In this document: one piece after another, positions 28,594 to 36,944 of the stretch
Layout: every line of letters starts with the position of its first letter
Position numbering within the stretch: position 1 is the stretch's first letter
Origin: a bacterium
GTDB lineage: Bacteria; Patescibacteriota; Patescibacteriia; Patescibacteriales; UBA12465
Assembly: GCA_021806615.1 (NCBI GenBank)
Contig: JAJZRB010000001.1
Span: 79,024-143,023, forward strand
Reading direction: 5' to 3'
DNA: 64,000 nucleotides
Translations under genes and position numbers: made by a program
Notes under the pieces: model-generated
The model's database searches: none
What the model saw: only the letters and a program-made list of their open reading frames with translations
What the model was told of the DNA's origin: nothing

Positions 28594-30093
28594 ATGAAAC
28601 GATTCCTAGCTCTATTAGTATTTTCGGCCGTCTTGATTACAACGACGACTATATCCGCCCAGTCCATGACTGAGTTAATCTGCCCGCAATATATGGGCGG
28701 TTACGAGTATGCGGCGCAGAATATTATCAGCACGGCGTTCCGCGTTAAAATAAGCGGTTTGCAGGCCACGACTACATATAAATTCGCCGCCGGGATGATA
28801 TCCGATGCTGATGCCGCCGCCGCCTCGCCGATTTGTTACGGATATGGCAATTATTACTTCCCTGGATACGATGCCGGTGGAAATTATAAAGCCTCGCCTA
28901 ACTATGATTATACGCCTGCCACTCCGTATACCCTTCCGACCTCGACAGACATTACCACGGATGCCGCGGGAGAAGTAACATTTTGGGTTATAATCAGCCC
29001 GAACAATAATGATAATTTCGCCTTACAGATGATCCATTTATGCATAGTGGTGAACAATGGAGACGGAACTACCGCGGTTACTCTTAGCAACCGCCTAGTC
29101 AGCGCCCTGAACGTCGGGCCAGCTGCCAACTTCAGCGGGTATACGACGGCCTATGACTATGCTCTCATCGAAGGACATAGCCTGGCGCCAGGAGGGAAAT
29201 ATGTCTTTATCTATGATAAAGAAAATCCGACTGCCACGGACAGGCCGCTGCATGGCTATATCATTGAAGATAATTCCATCAATGAGAATAGCGGTTATGC
29301 TCCAGCTCCATCTTATTACAGCACGGATGTCAACGGACAAACCGGACGTTATGGACTATTATATCCTCTAGCTAACACCAACGGAATAAGGCGCATAGAA
29401 ACTCTTAATGTTGACGGATCAAGCTACGCCGCCTCTACTGACGCTGACGGTATCTGGCCTTCTGGGTTGAATACCACCAGCCTAACCAAAGGATCAGTCT
29501 CTATAATTTCCGAAGCAGATGCGCCGTTGCCGGTGGAATTACAGGATTTTACGGCCACCCTGAACCAGTCCGGGAATCAGGTCGTCCTAAACTGGCGAAC
29601 GGCGACCGAAATAAGGTCTTATGCTTTTGAAATCCAAAGGAAATCGTTATCGGCGGGCTGGAAAACGATAGGCAGCATCCCGGCTCATGGAAATAGTAAT
29701 TCTCCTAAGGATTATTCTTTCACGGATAATCAGCTACCAGCCGGCGAAGTCTCTTACCGGTTGAAGATGATTGATAACGACGGAAGCTATGAGCTCAGCC
29801 CAGAAACCTCTGTTACGATAACCGCTCCGACGAAGCTCATAGTCTCTCAGAATTATCCCAATCCTTTCAATCCTAGCACGCTGATTACCTACTCCCTGCC
29901 CCGCGATTCATTCGTGGACTTAAAAGTCTATGACGCTCTCGGAAGAGAAGTCATGACTCTGATAAACGGAGAAAGATCGGCGGGAACTTACCAAGTCAAT
30001 TTTAACGGCAACAATTTGCCGAGCGGGACTTATATCTATAAACTAAGTTCTCAAGGTCAAATGACTGTAAAAAAAATGGTCTTAATAAAATAG
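28594..30093 (+). CDS. Secreted protein with Ig/FN3-like domain and C-terminal T9SS-type sorting domain (Por_Secre_tail)
   Basis: Signal peptide MKRFLALLVFSAVLITTTTISAQS. The C-terminal 80 aa, QNYPNPFNPSTLITYSLPRDSFVDLKVYDALGREV...GTYIYKL...KKMVLIK, match the T9SS CTD consensus. The ORF-track start at 28531 is probably too early; an AGAAGAGG SD precedes ATG 28594. Confidence 0.7.
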   Translation: MKRFLALLVFSAVLITTTTISAQSMTELICPQYMGGYEYAAQNIISTAFRVKISGLQATTTYKFAAGMISDADAAAASPICYGYGNYYFPGYDAGGNYKASPNYDYTPATPYTLPTSTDITTDAAGEVTFWVIISPNNNDNFALQMIHLCIVVNNGDGTTAVTLSNRLVSALNVGPAANFSGYTTAYDYALIEGHSLAPGGKYVFIYDKENPTATDRPLHGYIIEDNSINENSGYAPAPSYYSTDVNGQTGRYGLLYPLANTNGIRRIETLNVDGSSYAASTDADGIWPSGLNTTSLTKGSVSIISEADAPLPVELQDFTATLNQSGNQVVLNWRTATEIRSYAFEIQRKSLSAGWKTIGSIPAHGNSNSPKDYSFTDNQLPAGEVSYRLKMIDNDGSYELSPETSVTITAPTKLIVSQNYPNPFNPSTLITYSLPRDSFVDLKVYDALGREVMTLINGERSAGTYQVNFNGNNLPSGTYIYKLSSQGQMTVKKMVLIK

Positions 30094-30112
30094 ATCATTA
30101 AGTCGCCCTTTT

Positions 30113-30146
30113 AATCCGACAGGCGAAGAACTGTCGGATTTTTTAT
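30113..30146 (+). terminator. Intrinsic terminator after the CTD-protein gene
   Basis: AATCCGACAG-gcgaagaa-CTGTCGGATT followed by TTTTTAT. Confidence 0.65.
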
Positions 30147-30488
30147 TTAATCCAGCCTCGTCAATCATTGCCGCTCTTTAGCTAGCGGCCGCCTTTACAA
30201 AGTCCGGACTAAATGCTAAGGTAAAAGCGTAGTTTATTTTATTAATTAAAATCTGTTTTTAGGAATTATTAGAAGAATTAACCACTGTTTGAGGCCAGTT
30301 TAAAAATTTATTTCTGTAGACTGCCAACTTATGTTTTTCTCGTATTTTGATGTAAAATTAGCTAAAAAAAACAAAAAATTCGCTAGATCTCTCAAATAAA
30401 TGCCGTCTTTAGGACATGGTTAGTTTTTTTAAAAATAAATACTGGATGTTTGCCACCTTTAATTCTTAAGGACAGCTACCCTTCTTAT

Positions 30489-32012
30489 ATGGAATACTTG
30501 GGTTATGTCTTGTACGTCGTCCTGGCTGCGGGTGGTTTTTTTATTGGCTATTTCACTTACAAAAAATCCGCCAGCGCCAAAATCGGCAATGCAGCCGAAA
30601 AAGCCGACAAGATCATCAGCGATGCTAAGATCAAAGAAAAGGACCTGCTCTTAAAAGCGCAGGATAGGGCTCTTAAGATTATCGAGGAGTCCAAGAAAGA
30701 AGAGGCGTCGCGACGCAACGAGATCAACAGCCTGCAAAAAAGGCTGGAACAGCGGGAAACTTCTTTCTCTCAGAAACTATTAGATCTCCAGGACAAGCAA
30801 CAAAAATTATACGATAAAGTCAACGAAGTCCAGGAAATCAAAGAAAGAATCAAGCGGGTCAAAGAGGAACAGGATCAAAAACTAGAAAAGATTTCCGGTT
30901 TAACCGCGACGGAGGCCAAGGAATTGCTCTTAAAGAACGTGGAAGAAAAATCTACGGAAGACTTAATGGTGCGCATCAACAAATTAGAAAATAGCGCCGA
31001 AGAGCAATTAAGCGATAAAGCCAAAGATATCATGGCCCTCGCCATGCAGCGGATGGTCTCTTCCTATACCGTCGAACTGACGACAACGACCGTTGACCTG
31101 CCTAACGATGAAATGAAGGGCCGGATCATCGGACGAGAAGGCCGCAATATCAAAGCGATTGAACAAATGACCGGCGTAGAGATCATCGTCGATGATATGC
31201 CGAATGCTATCACCGTCTCCGGATTTTCTCTAATCCGCCGCCATATTGCTAAAAAAACCTTAGATTACTTAATAAAAGACGGCCGGATCCATCCGACAAA
31301 AATCGAAGAAGCCGTGGAGAACGCCAAGAAAGACATCGCCGTAGATATAAAAAAGGCGGGCGAAGAAGCCATGTACGAGGTGGGCATAACCGGTTTTGAC
31401 CCGAAACTAGTCCAGATTCTCGGACGCTTAAAATATCGTACCAGCTATGGACAGAATGCCCTGCGCCACTCTATCGAAGTGGCACATCTAGCGGCCATGC
31501 TCGCTGAAGAATTAGGCGCGGATGTTACGCTGGCTAAAAAAGGCGGCCTGCTCCATGACATCGGAAAAGCCGTAGACCATGAAGTACAGGGCAATCATAC
31601 TGAAATCGGACGAGATATCGCCAAGAAATTCAACTTGCCGGCGGAAATTATCGCCCCCATTGAAACGCATCATGAAGATAAGCCGGCCACGCTTATCTCG
31701 GTGATTGTAAAAGTCGCCGATGCCATCTCTTCAGCTCGGCCCGGAGCTCGACGAGATAGCTATGAAAATTATCTCCAGCGCCTGGAAGAGCTGGAAAAGA
31801 TCGCTCTTACCTTCGAAGGCATTGAAAAAGCTTATGCCATACAGGCCGGTCGGGAAATACGCGTCTTTGTCCAGCCAGAAATGATCGATGACTTCAAAGC
31901 TTATAATTTGGCTAGAGATATTGCAAAAAAGATAGAAAATGAGTTAAAATACCCAGGGGAGATAAAAGTGAATGTAATCCGGGAAATGCGGGTCACTGAA
32001 TATGCCCGCTAA
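30489..32012 (+). CDS. rny: Ribonuclease Y
   Basis: N-terminal TM helix, coiled-coil, KH (LPNDEMKGRIIGREGRNI) and HD (LLHDIGKAVDHE) domains. Colinear with B. subtilis RNase Y from MEYLGYV (30489); the ORF-track start at 30450 is likely too early. Confidence 0.9.
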   Translation: MEYLGYVLYVVLAAGGFFIGYFTYKKSASAKIGNAAEKADKIISDAKIKEKDLLLKAQDRALKIIEESKKEEASRRNEINSLQKRLEQRETSFSQKLLDLQDKQQKLYDKVNEVQEIKERIKRVKEEQDQKLEKISGLTATEAKELLLKNVEEKSTEDLMVRINKLENSAEEQLSDKAKDIMALAMQRMVSSYTVELTTTTVDLPNDEMKGRIIGREGRNIKAIEQMTGVEIIVDDMPNAITVSGFSLIRRHIAKKTLDYLIKDGRIHPTKIEEAVENAKKDIAVDIKKAGEEAMYEVGITGFDPKLVQILGRLKYRTSYGQNALRHSIEVAHLAAMLAEELGADVTLAKKGGLLHDIGKAVDHEVQGNHTEIGRDIAKKFNLPAEIIAPIETHHEDKPATLISVIVKVADAISSARPGARRDSYENYLQRLEELEKIALTFEGIEKAYAIQAGREIRVFVQPEMIDDFKAYNLARDIAKKIENELKYPGEIKVNVIREMRVTEYAR

Positions 32013-32039
32013 CTTCTAAAAAGTTAAACATATAAATAT

Positions 32040-32327
32040 ATGAACAAGGCACAACTCATCGACAAAATTCATCATGATGTCGAGGGCCTGAACAAAAAAC
32101 AGGCCGAAAAAATGTTGGATGTCCTCGTCGACACCATCATTGAGGAGCTAAAAGGCGATCGCGAAGTCACGATTGCCGGATTCGGCACCTTCCTATCCCG
32201 CGTTCGTTATTCTCGCGGCGGCGTCAACCCGCAAAAGCCGACTGAGAGAATAACCATTCCGGCGGTTAAGGTAGCCAAATTCAAGACCGGCTACCACCTC
32301 AAGCAAGCCTTGAAAGGTAAAAGGTAA
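32040..32327 (+). CDS. hup: DNA-binding protein HU
   Basis: MNKAQLIDKI...GFGTF...RNPQT-like arm; 95 aa. Confidence 0.85.
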   Translation: MNKAQLIDKIHHDVEGLNKKQAEKMLDVLVDTIIEELKGDREVTIAGFGTFLSRVRYSRGGVNPQKPTERITIPAVKVAKFKTGYHLKQALKGKR

Positions 32328-32379
32328 ATAGCGCTCCCTAATAGGAAAAAGCCCGATCCTTGATAAGGGTGTTTTGTTA

Positions 32380-32453
32380 GCGCTCGTAGCTCAACTGGAT
32401 AGAGTACTTGGCTTCGGACCAAGGGGTTGCAGGTTCAAATCCTGCCGGGCGCA
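32380..32453 (+). tRNA. tRNA-Arg (anticodon TCG)
   Basis: Anticodon stem CTTGG/CCAAG and loop CTTCGGA; GGTTCAAATCC T-arm; no encoded CCA. Confidence 0.8.
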
Positions 32454-32473
32454 CATTGGCCGGATCAAATGGT

Positions 32474-32547
32474 CTGGCCGCAAGGCTGGGTAGCTCAGTT
32501 GGTTAGAGCGTAGCACTCATAACGCTAAGGTCGCGGGTTCGATCCCC
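32474..32547 (+). tRNA. tRNA with CAT anticodon (elongator Met or lysidine-dependent Ile2)
   Basis: GGCTGGGTAGCTCAGTTGGTTAGAGC..., loop CTCATAA, T-arm GGTTCGATCC. One acceptor mismatch (T4xC69) and A31xC39 by my reading. Confidence 0.7.
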
Positions 32548-32612
32548 GCCCCCGCCACAGCAAGTTATATTGACTTGGAAAAAATAAATTTATAGACTGG
32601 TGACAGTCAAAC

Positions 32613-32685
32613 GCCTCGTTAGCTCAGTTGGTAGAGCAGTTGCCTCTTAAGCAAACGGTCGCTGGTTCGAATCCAGCACGGGGCA
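32613..32685 (+). tRNA. tRNA-Lys (anticodon CTT)
   Basis: Near-colinear with E. coli tRNA-Lys; anticodon loop CTCTTAA; GGTTCGAATCC T-arm. Confidence 0.85.
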
Positions 32686-32692
32686 CAAGAAT

Positions 32693-33268
32693 ATGCTTAA
32701 TCTTATCATCTTCGGACCGCCAGGAGCCGGTAAAGGCACCCAAGCCGCCCTGCTGGCTAAAAAATATAAATTAACCCATTTATCCAGCGGGGAAATTTTG
32801 AGACAGGAATTAAAAGACGGCCTTCTGGGTAAAAAGATAAAAGCCTACCAAGACGCCGGCAAATTAGTGCCTGATAATCTGATTATCAAGATCATGGAAA
32901 AGGCTATAAAAAAAATATCTGGTAAAAACGGCTTCATCCTGGACGGTTATCCGCGCAACATCCGCCAGGCGCGGTCTCTTAATAAATTTTTGCATGACAA
33001 CGGGCTTGGTCTTAGCGCCGTCCTTAATTTGAAATTGAGCGAGAAAGAAGCGGCCCAGCGAATTCTATTAAGAGCCGAGACCTCGGGGCGTTCTGACGAT
33101 AACCCAAAGACCATAAAAAGACGCTTTGGAGTCTACCGCACGGAAACGGCGCCGATACTTCAATATTATAAAAAAATGAAAAAAACGACCGACATAGACG
33201 GCCGGCCGGGAATAAAGATAATTTTCCAGAATCTTGAGATGCTCATCAGATCATTTTCTAAAAATTAA
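32693..33268 (+). CDS. adk: Adenylate kinase
   Basis: IIFGPPGAGKGTQA P-loop; 191 aa. Confidence 0.85.
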   Translation: MLNLIIFGPPGAGKGTQAALLAKKYKLTHLSSGEILRQELKDGLLGKKIKAYQDAGKLVPDNLIIKIMEKAIKKISGKNGFILDGYPRNIRQARSLNKFLHDNGLGLSAVLNLKLSEKEAAQRILLRAETSGRSDDNPKTIKRRFGVYRTETAPILQYYKKMKKTTDIDGRPGIKIIFQNLEMLIRSFSKN

Positions 33269-33294
33269 AGGCTAACCAGGCTGCCGCTACTAAG

Positions 33295-33325
33295 AAAAAA
33301 GAGGAGATCAGAACTCCTCTTTTTA
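33295..33325. terminator. Bidirectional terminator between adk and the convergent hypothetical gene
   Basis: AAAGAGGAG-atcagaa-CTCCTCTTT flanked by A and T runs. Confidence 0.55.
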
Positions 33326-33338
33326 GCATCTTGATTCT

Positions 33339-34163
33339 TCAACCAATTATTCCTAAAACCACACCCTCTCCGTTTAGAACGACATTCAAATGCTTCCGGG
33401 AAATAGACAGGCCGCCGGCATATACGTATGAATTCTGGCGATTATCATATTCGAAATAAAGGCTGTAAATCATCGGATGCCCCTGAGGAGAACGCATCGG
33501 CGGGATAAAAGGCTGATAATACATGACCTTATGTTCTTCCAATTTCCTAATCATCTGGGAAACCGTCCTTACTCCGCGAATGCCGTCCTTTTTTAAACGG
33601 CTTCTCTTGCTGGCTGGCGGGCAAACGAATACTCTCCTTTGGTTGATCGCCTTGAGCGAAAATCCATTATCATAATCGATGATTTCGTCATGTTGCCCGA
33701 AACTGACGCGTTCCCAGAGCCAATTTTCTCCGTAATAGTTATAGGAATTCTGGAAACTATACGGGTAATCTCTATCATCGTCCAGAAACCTGTCTAATTC
33801 CTCTAGAATGGCTCCGGGGTGGTCAGGAAAAGTTACTCCGCCGCCATACGGGCTATTTAAGGAACTGCGACGGGCTTCGCGTGATCGTCCGCCCTGATGA
33901 CCGGCGGATAAGATCTTAATGTCTCCCCGGTAAACGCACAGGAGCTCAAAACCTTGCGGTCGGCTATCAATACTGAATATGCGCAATTTACCCTCGTCAT
34001 TCACCACGCAATCAAGAGATACGACCGAGGTAGAGGAGGAGAGCTGATCCCGGCGCTGCCATTTTTTTATGGCCGAGAGAGCTGATTGCTTGACCGCATC
34101 TGGGAGGACGACATTCTGGTCGGAAGAAAAATTAAACCGGTTGAGTTCATAAAGTGTCTGCAT
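33339..34163 (-). CDS. Hypothetical protein (274 aa), no confident family assignment
   Basis: Good AAAGGAG SD 8 nt upstream of the ATG; Y/G/R-rich. No transmembrane segments. Confidence 0.5.
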   Translation of the reverse strand: MQTLYELNRFNFSSDQNVVLPDAVKQSALSAIKKWQRRDQLSSSTSVVSLDCVVNDEGKLRIFSIDSRPQGFELLCVYRGDIKILSAGHQGGRSREARRSSLNSPYGGGVTFPDHPGAILEELDRFLDDDRDYPYSFQNSYNYYGENWLWERVSFGQHDEIIDYDNGFSLKAINQRRVFVCPPASKRSRLKKDGIRGVRTVSQMIRKLEEHKVMYYQPFIPPMRSPQGHPMIYSLYFEYDNRQNSYVYAGGLSISRKHLNVVLNGEGVVLGIIG

Positions 34164-34230
34164 AAAACGCTCCTTTGTTGAGGTTGGTTGTTTAATTGAT
34201 TGTTATTATGTTTAGAAAGGACTTATTAAC

Positions 34231-34260
34231 AAAACCGAGCCATTTTTGGCTCGGCTTTTT
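34231..34260. terminator. Hairpin terminator in the 300-bp spacer
   Basis: AAAACCGAGCC-attttt-GGCTCGGCTTTTT. Confidence 0.5.
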
Positions 34261-34461
34261 CTTGTTCTATTTGATACTTATTTTATATTAAGTATTAAAT
34301 TCACAAACAAAAGCCGGCCTGGTAATAATGAACCAAGCCAAAGAAATAATAATGCCGTACTGCTTCGTTTGTAAATTCTTATCGATCATATGTTAGCTAT
34401 GATAACAGAAACGATGATTCCCAGTCAAGATGCGGCCTGTGGATTAGTGCCGATCGGCATT

Positions 34462-35145
34462 CTAGCTGATAGTCGTCCCCTGGAAATGATTATCGTCTAG
34501 GCAACGCTCGAGATTGGCTAGTTTTTTCCCGTTCAAAATAACCACTTTAAGCCCATGCTTAGCCGCCTCCCGAGAGGCTATGGGATCAAAGGGAACATTC
34601 AGCCCCGGCTGCCAGCGGTTGCCGACTATCTTACGGAATTCTGTCCAATTGACCGCTTCCAGCTTCTTCGCCCGAGGGAATTCGCGCGGATCACGGTCAT
34701 AAGCGTAATCGATATTTGAGAGATTAATGACCGTCTTGATATGGTTATGCTTAGCTAATAAGACGGCGACATGATCTGTGGACCAGCCCGGCTTATACCC
34801 CGCCACGAAGACAATCTTCTTATTAGTCCTTATCGGCTTAGTCGGATTAGTGATTATCAAGGGATAGGCAGATTCGGCAAAAATGACTTTTAGGAGCTGG
34901 GCGTTAAGGCGAGTCGCCCGGATGCCGACCCAATCCCGGCCGGCATTCCCGACCGCGGTGACAGCCAGGGCGGCCTGGATATAAGTACGGGCTGTTGCTC
35001 CGCCGCCGACGACCAGATAGAACTTATGGCCCTTCTGAATCTGCCGCAAGATAAAAGATCGGAATTGTTTTAAGAACTTGAGCTCGATTCCTTCCTTAGT
35101 GACGATGAGCGATCCTCCGACTGACAGGACGAAAGTCTTAGACAT
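34462..35145 (-). CDS. Amino-acid kinase family protein (UMP kinase/PyrH-like)
   Basis: VLSVGGSLIV...YLVVGGGATAR glycine-rich motifs typical of the carbamate/amino-acid kinase fold; 227 aa, the size of archaeal-type UMP kinases. Confidence 0.5.
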   Translation of the reverse strand: MSKTFVLSVGGSLIVTKEGIELKFLKQFRSFILRQIQKGHKFYLVVGGGATARTYIQAALAVTAVGNAGRDWVGIRATRLNAQLLKVIFAESAYPLIITNPTKPIRTNKKIVFVAGYKPGWSTDHVAVLLAKHNHIKTVINLSNIDYAYDRDPREFPRAKKLEAVNWTEFRKIVGNRWQPGLNVPFDPIASREAAKHGLKVVILNGKKLANLERCLDDNHFQGTTIS

Positions 35146-35206
35146 ATATTGTTTATGGTTTTATAAAATCGCTCCGCCTTCGAGGCGGAGCGATTAAGCA
35201 TTATAA

Positions 35207-36274
35207 TTACTTATTCTCTTCTACTTCCTTGCTCTTCACTTCAGCTAGGATAGCTTTGCGGATTTCAGCGGCCAACTTCTTATCGTCTTTAACCGCCTTC
35301 TTAGCAGCTTCTCTTCCCACGCCTAATTTCACATCCCCGAAAGAATAGGAATTGCCGTTCTTTTTCACGACATTATGTTCCGCTCCCAAGTCAATCAGAT
35401 CGCCGGCTACGGAAATACCCTCATTATACATGATATCAAATTCACAAGTCCTGAAAGGAGCCGCGACCTTATTCTTCACTATTTTGACCTTAACGCGATT
35501 ACCGATTATCTTTTCGCCCTGCTTGATCTGCGCCGCCCGACGGACTTCGACGCGCATGGAACAATAGAACTTCAAAGCATTTCCTCCGGTAGTCGTTTCT
35601 GGATTACCGAAGAAGACGCCGATCTTGTTGCGAATCTGATTGATAAAGATGACCACAGTCTTAGTCTTAGCGATAACGGCCGTCAATTTGCGCAAAGCCT
35701 GGCTCATCAATCTCGCTTGCAGGCCCATATGCTGGTCGCCCATTTCTCCTTCAATCTCCTTCTGCGGCACTAAAGCGGCGACAGAGTCCACAACGACGAC
35801 ATCAACGGCATTAGAACGCACCAAAGTTTCTACGATCTCCAAGGCCTGTTCTCCGCTATCCGGCTGCGATAATAGCATCTCTTTCACATTGACCCCTATT
35901 TTAGCGGCATATTCCGGATCTAAAGCGTGTTCAGCGTCTACAAAGGCGGCTATTCCGCCGGCTTTCTGCACCTCGGAAACGATATGCTGCGCGAGCGTCG
36001 TCTTGCCGGAAGATTCCGGTCCGAAAACCTCAATTATCCGGCCGCGCGGCACGCCCCCCACGCCAGTCGCGATATCCAGGGAAAGACAGCCGGTAGAAAT
36101 AGCGTCGACATTAGTTTTCGGCACATCGCCGAACTTCATGATCGCTCCTTCGCCGAAACGGGTCCGAATTTGTTCAATGGCGCTTAAAGCAGCTTCTTCC
36201 CGCTTATTCTTGTTCTCCCCTTTTTCGGAAATCGGCGCTTTTTTTTCTGCTTTTTCCTTAGGCATATTTTTCAA
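35207..36274 (-). CDS. recA: Recombinase RecA with a Lys/Glu-rich N-terminal extension
   Basis: [11 protein letters not shown] Walker A and FINQIR motifs; ~25 aa charged N-terminal extension. Confidence 0.9.
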   Translation of the reverse strand: MKNMPKEKAEKKAPISEKGENKNKREEAALSAIEQIRTRFGEGAIMKFGDVPKTNVDAISTGCLSLDIATGVGGVPRGRIIEVFGPESSGKTTLAQHIVSEVQKAGGIAAFVDAEHALDPEYAAKIGVNVKEMLLSQPDSGEQALEIVETLVRSNAVDVVVVDSVAALVPQKEIEGEMGDQHMGLQARLMSQALRKLTAVIAKTKTVVIFINQIRNKIGVFFGNPETTTGGNALKFYCSMRVEVRRAAQIKQGEKIIGNRVKVKIVKNKVAAPFRTCEFDIMYNEGISVAGDLIDLGAEHNVVKKNGNSYSFGDVKLGVGREAAKKAVKDDKKLAAEIRKAILAEVKSKEVEENK

Positions 36275-36294
36275 ATTAAATAATTAATATATTG

Positions 36295-36303
36295 ATTATA
36301 GCA
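36295..36303 (-). promoter_or_regulatory. Extended -10 element upstream of recA
   Basis: TGCTATAAT on the minus strand, 21 nt upstream of the recA ATG. No convincing -35 and no recognisable LexA/Cheo box. Confidence 0.3.
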
Positions 36304-36425
36304 CGTCACTCTTTAAATAAGCTGCCAAAAATAATAAATTATATGATAACTGCTTTTAAACTGTTCTTAAGGCTGTCGGGACGAAATATCGTTTAAAACT
36401 CCGGCTCCGATCTTGATTCATAGAA

Positions 36426-36917
36426 TCAACGGCTCAAGAACTGGAAAGGCAGAGACAATTTATATTCTTCTCCATTTTTCGCTTGCCAGACGATTTCCGC
36501 TCCAGTCTCGGTTTTTTCCCATCGCAGAGGACTATCTTCCGCCGTCGCTGTAAACGACGTATCAGTATCACTCTTATTCCATTCTTCTTTTATCTTATTC
36601 CATAGGCCAGACCACCAATCGCCGGACGGAGCGCTTTGTTTCAAGGCCAAATTAAGAGCCAGGTCCGAACCGGACGCTTCACCGCTTGCTGCCGGCCCAT
36701 TCTCGCTAGTTTTGGTGCCCAAACTCAGGTCGACCAAGCCTTGAAGCGCCGCCTTAGCTGTTTCAAATACGAGAAAAGTTTTCTGCCAAAAAAAATTCTG
36801 CTCCATTTGCGCTTGCTGTTCCTTGCTACCTCCGTATAAAACGGCCGCCATAGCGATAAGGACGAGAAAGGCTACTAGCGTTAGCAGGCTAGCTAACGAA
36901 TTACGTTCTAAAGACAT
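36426..36917 (-). CDS. Hypothetical membrane-anchored protein
   Basis: 163 aa; single N-terminal TM helix then a soluble Trp-rich domain; sits between the EndoQ-like gene and recA. Confidence 0.45.
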   Translation of the reverse strand: MSLERNSLASLLTLVAFLVLIAMAAVLYGGSKEQQAQMEQNFFWQKTFLVFETAKAALQGLVDLSLGTKTSENGPAASGEASGSDLALNLALKQSAPSGDWWSGLWNKIKEEWNKSDTDTSFTATAEDSPLRWEKTETGAEIVWQAKNGEEYKLSLPFQFLSR

Positions 36918-36944
36918 AAAATGAAAATTATTTTTTTAGTCTTG

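Noticed and set aside
30205-30222. CAAAGTCCGGAC resembling the RNase P RNA P4 motif AAAGTCCGGGC
   Set aside because: No partner P4 strand (ACAGAAnCCGGCTTA) or other conserved RNase P helices nearby, and the surrounding sequence is too AT-rich; coincidental.
34180-34262. Plus-strand TTGAGG-17-TGtTATTAT promoter-like element reading into the 34231-34260 hairpin (would give a ~45-nt transcript)
   Set aside because: The product would be little more than the terminator hairpin itself. More likely the hairpin is the minus-strand terminator for the kinase-fold gene, and the -10-like sequence is chance in AT-rich DNA.
34288-34389. 33-aa minus-strand ORF with a hydrophobic core in the 300-bp spacer
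   Set aside because: No Shine-Dalgarno sequence and very short; cannot be distinguished from chance.
35640-36287. 215-aa plus-strand ORF antisense to recA
   Set aside because: Complete overlap with RecA, whose motifs are unambiguous; no start context.
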